Of a DNA stretch of 64,000 bases, positions 60,607 through 64,000 are shown in pieces. The notes beneath the pieces were generated by a model. The model was not told the origin of the DNA and ran no database searches. It was given only the letters and a program-made list of their open reading frames with translations. Where the stretch lies: contig OY970325.1 of the NCBI GenBank assembly GCA_963717145.1, positions 2,592,001-2,656,000 on the forward strand, given 5' to 3'. This DNA comes from an uncultured Armatimonadetes bacterium (GTDB lineage: Bacteria > Armatimonadota > UBA5829 > DTJY01). The first letter of the stretch is position 1; each line of letters begins with the position of its first letter. The translations under genes were made by a program, and so were the position numbers.

Positions 60607-61239
60607 CTACTTGGCAGGCTTCATCGGCATCTGACCCTTGGTGCGAGGAGCACGCTCTCCGCCCTGTCGAGGCTCCAGACCCTTGTTGGCCAACCCCATC
60701 ATGAAGGACTGGAGCTGGGCCTGCTGCTGCGGGTTCAGTATGCCACGCAGGCCGAGCCAGAAGCCAAATTCGGCGTCCAGAATGGCCTTGTCCGCGTGAA
60801 GGATCGGCTCCGACAGCCTCTGGAGATCAGCCTCCGTGACTTTCGGATCCTTGAAGGCCGTCATGAAGGCCTTCAAGTCGGCCATTCGCTGCTCTCGAAT
60901 CGGCTTGGTGACGCCGACAAACTGGACGTAGAGCTGCTTGATCTGCGCCTTCTGATCCTCGCTGAGGCCGAGGCGGGCAGCCAGCTTCTGCAGGGCCTCG
61001 GGAGGTGGCGGTGAGAGCAATGCCTGGAGGCTGCCGAATCTGGCTCTCACCTGCTTCTGCAATCTTCCCTCAGGTGCGGCCACTGCGTCCTGGCGCTGCT
61101 TCATCTTCTGCTGGGTCGCCTGCTGCCTGGCCGGATCCTGGTTCTTCGTCCGCTGCGTAGTCTGCGCGTAGGCGGCAATCCCTGTGATGAAAACGCACGC
61201 CACGGCTACTGCGACTACCTTTCTGCACTTCCTGAACAT
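60607..61239 (-). CDS. Periplasmic Spy/CpxP-like helical protein
   Basis: Signal peptide, LGLSEDQKAQI, ILNPQQQAQL. Confidence 0.75.
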   Translation of the reverse strand: MFRKCRKVVAVAVACVFITGIAAYAQTTQRTKNQDPARQQATQQKMKQRQDAVAAPEGRLQKQVRARFGSLQALLSPPPPEALQKLAARLGLSEDQKAQIKQLYVQFVGVTKPIREQRMADLKAFMTAFKDPKVTEADLQRLSEPILHADKAILDAEFGFWLGLRGILNPQQQAQLQSFMMGLANKGLEPRQGGERAPRTKGQMPMKPAK

Positions 61240-61368
61240 TCCGGTCACTCTCCTCAAACGTTTTATCGCATCGGTTCGCCCGATGCCGGGGAAGCTGTTT
61301 TCTGACCGTGTAGACGCGCGCTGTCGGGATTTGTTCAGTCAGTTTCGACGTTGGAGATGACCGTTGAC

Positions 61369-61437
61369 GTTGGGGATGGAGTTGGACTCCATCCCCCGCC
61401 TCAGTTACCGGGGATGGAGTCCAACTCCATCCCCAAC
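61369..61437. repeat. REP-like doublet GGGGATGGAGTTGGACTCCATCCCC
   Basis: Two inverted hairpin units, same architecture as 58842-58917. Confidence 0.85.
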
Positions 61438-61451
61438 ATCGCCACTGATAT

Positions 61452-61546
61452 GTAGGAGGGATTTGCCGGGATGACTGTGCCCGGTAATCCCGAACCGCGT
61501 GCCATCGGGATTACCGGGCACAATCATCCCGGCAAATCCCTCCTAC
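61452..61546. repeat. 95-bp GTAG...CTAC palindrome, copy 1
   Basis: GTAGGAGGGATTTGCCGGGATGACTGTGCCCGGTAATCCCGA...TCCCTCCTAC. Confidence 0.9.
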
Positions 61547-61602
61547 ATCGACATAGGCCGATTGCGCGTGGTACAATCGGCCAAGATTCCCCGGAGGATA
61601 GC

Positions 61603-62625
61603 ATGAAGAAGCGTGAACCCGATTTCGAGCAATTCCTGAAGGTCCTGACGAGAAGCGGCAGACCCGATCACCTGCCCTTCTATGAGCACGTCGCCAGCTC
61701 GGGGTTCATCGCGAGACGCACCGGTGTTCCGTTCGACAGGATCGGCCCGGATGACGAGCGATTCTGGCCGACCTACGTCGACTTCTGGCTCGGGATGGGC
61801 TACGACTGCATCCCCATGGAGATCGGCCCGAACCTTCCACTTCCCGCGGGGCATCACCAGCTCTCCGAGGGGAGCGAGGCATTCGCCGTCATCCGCTCGA
61901 TGGAGGATTTCGAGAAGTACCCCTGGCCGGACGTGTCGAATCCGATCGACTTCAGCCATTTCGAGACGGTCGCGAAGTTGCTCCCCGATGGCGCAAAGAT
62001 CGTCGGCGGAGTATGCGCCGGGCCTTACGAGTGGGTGTCGCGGATGATGGGCACAATCGGGCTCTCATATGCAATCGCCGATGACATGGAACTCGTGGGC
62101 CTGATGTTCGAGAAGATCGGCAGCCTCCACCACAGCGCCGACCGTCAGCTTGCGACCATGGACTGCATCGGCGCGCTCAGGCAGGGCGACGATCTCGGGT
62201 TCAAGACATCGACGTTCCTCAGTCCGGAGTACCTCCGCCGCTGGGTATTCCCGATCTACCGGAAGATGGCCGCCGAGGCGCACAATGCCGGGAAGCCGTT
62301 CATCCTCCACTCCTGCGGCAACCTCGCGGAGGTCTACGACGACATCATCGGCTGCGGTGTGGACGCCAAGCACTCGTTCGAGGACGCGATCATGCCGGTC
62401 GCGGAGTTCAAGCGCGAATACGGCGACCGGGTGACGGCGCTCGGCGGGCTCGATGTGGACGTGATCTGCCGGAGTTCGGAGTCCGATCTGCGGGCATACG
62501 CACGGAAGGCGATCGAGGAGTGCTTCGCGGACGGATTCTGGGCGCTCGGCACGGGGAATTCGCTCACGGACTACATGCCGGTGGAGAACTACCTGGCGCT
62601 CTTGGATGAGGGAATGAACGTGTAG
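61603..62625 (+). CDS. Uroporphyrinogen decarboxylase / MtaA-CmuA family protein
   Basis: GGAGG RBS; RPDHLPFYE, GPYE, GDDLGFK, FLSP, LHSCGN, LGGLDV, ALGTGNS..PVENY. Confidence 0.88.
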   Translation: MKKREPDFEQFLKVLTRSGRPDHLPFYEHVASSGFIARRTGVPFDRIGPDDERFWPTYVDFWLGMGYDCIPMEIGPNLPLPAGHHQLSEGSEAFAVIRSMEDFEKYPWPDVSNPIDFSHFETVAKLLPDGAKIVGGVCAGPYEWVSRMMGTIGLSYAIADDMELVGLMFEKIGSLHHSADRQLATMDCIGALRQGDDLGFKTSTFLSPEYLRRWVFPIYRKMAAEAHNAGKPFILHSCGNLAEVYDDIIGCGVDAKHSFEDAIMPVAEFKREYGDRVTALGGLDVDVICRSSESDLRAYARKAIEECFADGFWALGTGNSLTDYMPVENYLALLDEGMNV

Positions 62626-62716
62626 GAGGTATTTTCCGGGATGATTGTGCCCGGTAATCCCGACCGCATGTCATTCGGGATTACCGGGCACAATCATCCC
62701 GGAAAATCCCTCCTAC
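62622..62716. repeat. 95-bp GTAG...CTAC palindrome, copy 2, containing both convergent stop codons
   Basis: TAG 62623-62625 and CTA 62713-62715 are part of the element termini. Confidence 0.9.
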
Positions 62717-63762
62717 CGCCAACTGGGCGTGCAGGCGTTGTCGGCGATCTTGTACTTCCCCGAGCCGTCGGCGTTCATGATCCAGAGCGAGCAGTGGTCG
62801 GACATCTCGGCGAACGAACCGGGACTCCAGTCCAGGTACTTCTCATCGGTCAGGCTGTAGATGATCTGCTTGCCGTCCGGGGACCAGTCGACCATGTTGT
62901 GGCCCGCCTTGCCGACATCCGCCAGTTTCTTCAGCGCGTTGCCCTGACTATCGCGCAGCCAGATGCCGCGCTCGTTTGGCTCGCAGGTCCAGCACTCCTC
63001 GACGGAGAGCAGCCGGTTCGCCTGGTCGTTCCATCGCAGGCAGTAGACGACTGAGTCAGGCATCGACTGAAGACGCTTCAGGCCCGATCCATCCGCGTTC
63101 ATCCGGTAAATGTCGAGTTGGGGCGCGTCCACGAGCCACTTGGTCGCGGCCGTGAATATCATCTGCTTACCGTCGGAGGAGAAGTCGGCTGCCTGGCCGG
63201 AGGTGAACTCGACGGGACCCTCGACGAACTGCTGGACGAACTTTGCCTTCCTGCTCACTTCCATCCACGTCTTCATGGGAGGATACGGCTCTGCGTCCCG
63301 CATCACCACTTCCAGAGTAGGAGAGACATCCGACTCGAGGTAGTGCTTCATCACCAGTAGCCCTGTGTTATCAGGCAGCCAGGCGACAGACAAGAGCGGG
63401 GACAGGTTCTCCGCCTTGGTAATCGGATGTGAGTACTTGCCGTCAGGAGTGGCGATCCAGATATCGGCGCTCGCCCAATAGTAATCGGGTTTGGATGCGT
63501 TCGTGAACGCGACGCGGGCACCGTCATGCGACCAGAGTGGGAAGGCGTTTCGGCCGTCGTTCGTCAGTCGGCGGAAATGCTTGCCATCGAGCGTGACGGT
63601 GTAGATGTCACCCTTGTGGGCGAAGGCGATGTCGCCGACAGGGCCTCCCGGTTTCGAGAGAACCATCACGGAGAGCGGACCCGTACTGAAGGGCTTCGGC
63701 TGGGCGGCTGAACCGACAGCCGAGGTACAAAGCAGCAGGAGAACGAGAACGTGACGCAACAT
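62713..63762 (-). CDS. Secreted TolB-like (PD40) beta-propeller protein
   Basis: Signal MLRHVLVLLLLC; WSHDGARVAF, FSSDGKQMIF, WSPDGKQIIY, MNADGSG. Confidence 0.85.
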   Translation of the reverse strand: MLRHVLVLLLLCTSAVGSAAQPKPFSTGPLSVMVLSKPGGPVGDIAFAHKGDIYTVTLDGKHFRRLTNDGRNAFPLWSHDGARVAFTNASKPDYYWASADIWIATPDGKYSHPITKAENLSPLLSVAWLPDNTGLLVMKHYLESDVSPTLEVVMRDAEPYPPMKTWMEVSRKAKFVQQFVEGPVEFTSGQAADFSSDGKQMIFTAATKWLVDAPQLDIYRMNADGSGLKRLQSMPDSVVYCLRWNDQANRLLSVEECWTCEPNERGIWLRDSQGNALKKLADVGKAGHNMVDWSPDGKQIIYSLTDEKYLDWSPGSFAEMSDHCSLWIMNADGSGKYKIADNACTPSWR

Positions 63763-63806
63763 GACAATCACCCCTGCATGGTGATACGCACCGAAGAGCC
63801 GCCTTG

Positions 63807-63998
63807 TTACATCCCCTTCTTCGGCCCGGGACGACGTATCTCGGGCATGACACCACACGCGTGACATCTGGGGATCCGCATGGCCGACCCACCGCCGCAC
63901 TGTGGGCACGCGATGAAATCAGGGACGCCGAGCGCATTGTAGAAGAAGCTGACCCAGATGTCCGCGACGACCCACTCGGGGACATCGAGCCGCCCCTG
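63807..63998 (-). CDS. 3' end of an ORF with a zinc-ribbon motif, truncated by the right edge
   Basis: Hand translation ..FIACPQCGGGSAMRIPRCHACGVMPEIRRPGPKKGM-stop. Confidence 0.5.
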   Translation of the reverse strand, partial: QGRLDVPEWVVADIWVSFFYNALGVPDFIACPQCGGGSAMRIPRCHACGVMPEIRRPGPKKGM

Positions 63999-64000
63999 CT

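Overview
GC-rich bacterial chromosome segment. It is probably from an anaerobic or facultative Armatimonadota-like organism, inferred only from protein style and an Armatimonadota-like C-terminal domain on the LVIVD protein. No rRNA, tRNA or CRISPR array was found. Contents: (1) a housekeeping run gmk-coaBC-metK-priA-def-fmt; (2) many secreted carbohydrate-active proteins (GHL10, two DUF4091, beta-helix, heparinase II/III, GH99/71-like); (3) dispersed corrinoid methyltransferase components (corrinoid protein, RACo/DUF4445 activator, non-pyrrolysine MttB, UroD/MtaA-like); (4) larE-larB-larC-apbE and rqcH; (5) a MarR-nifU-nfu-cysE unit; (6) an MNT-HEPN toxin-antitoxin pair and an orphan hicB; (7) a complete 1073-bp IS481 element with a 6-bp target duplication. 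Best candidates for new biology: a radical SAM/SPASM enzyme coupled to two paralogous long-leader lipoprotein-like genes sharing an HGxGxGGxGCV motif (54496-57204); at least ten unrelated families of palindromic or short-tandem elements, five of which are translated inside genes (yfhO, fmt, degT-like, rqcH, apbE); a strictly 21-bp-phased array of CTAA-N6-TTAG palindromes upstream of an unknown gene (35066-35226); and a Cys/His-tailed MarR with a clear promoter and operator heading Fe-S scaffold genes. Many single-base frameshifts, including one in priA, are most likely long-read errors rather than pseudogenes.
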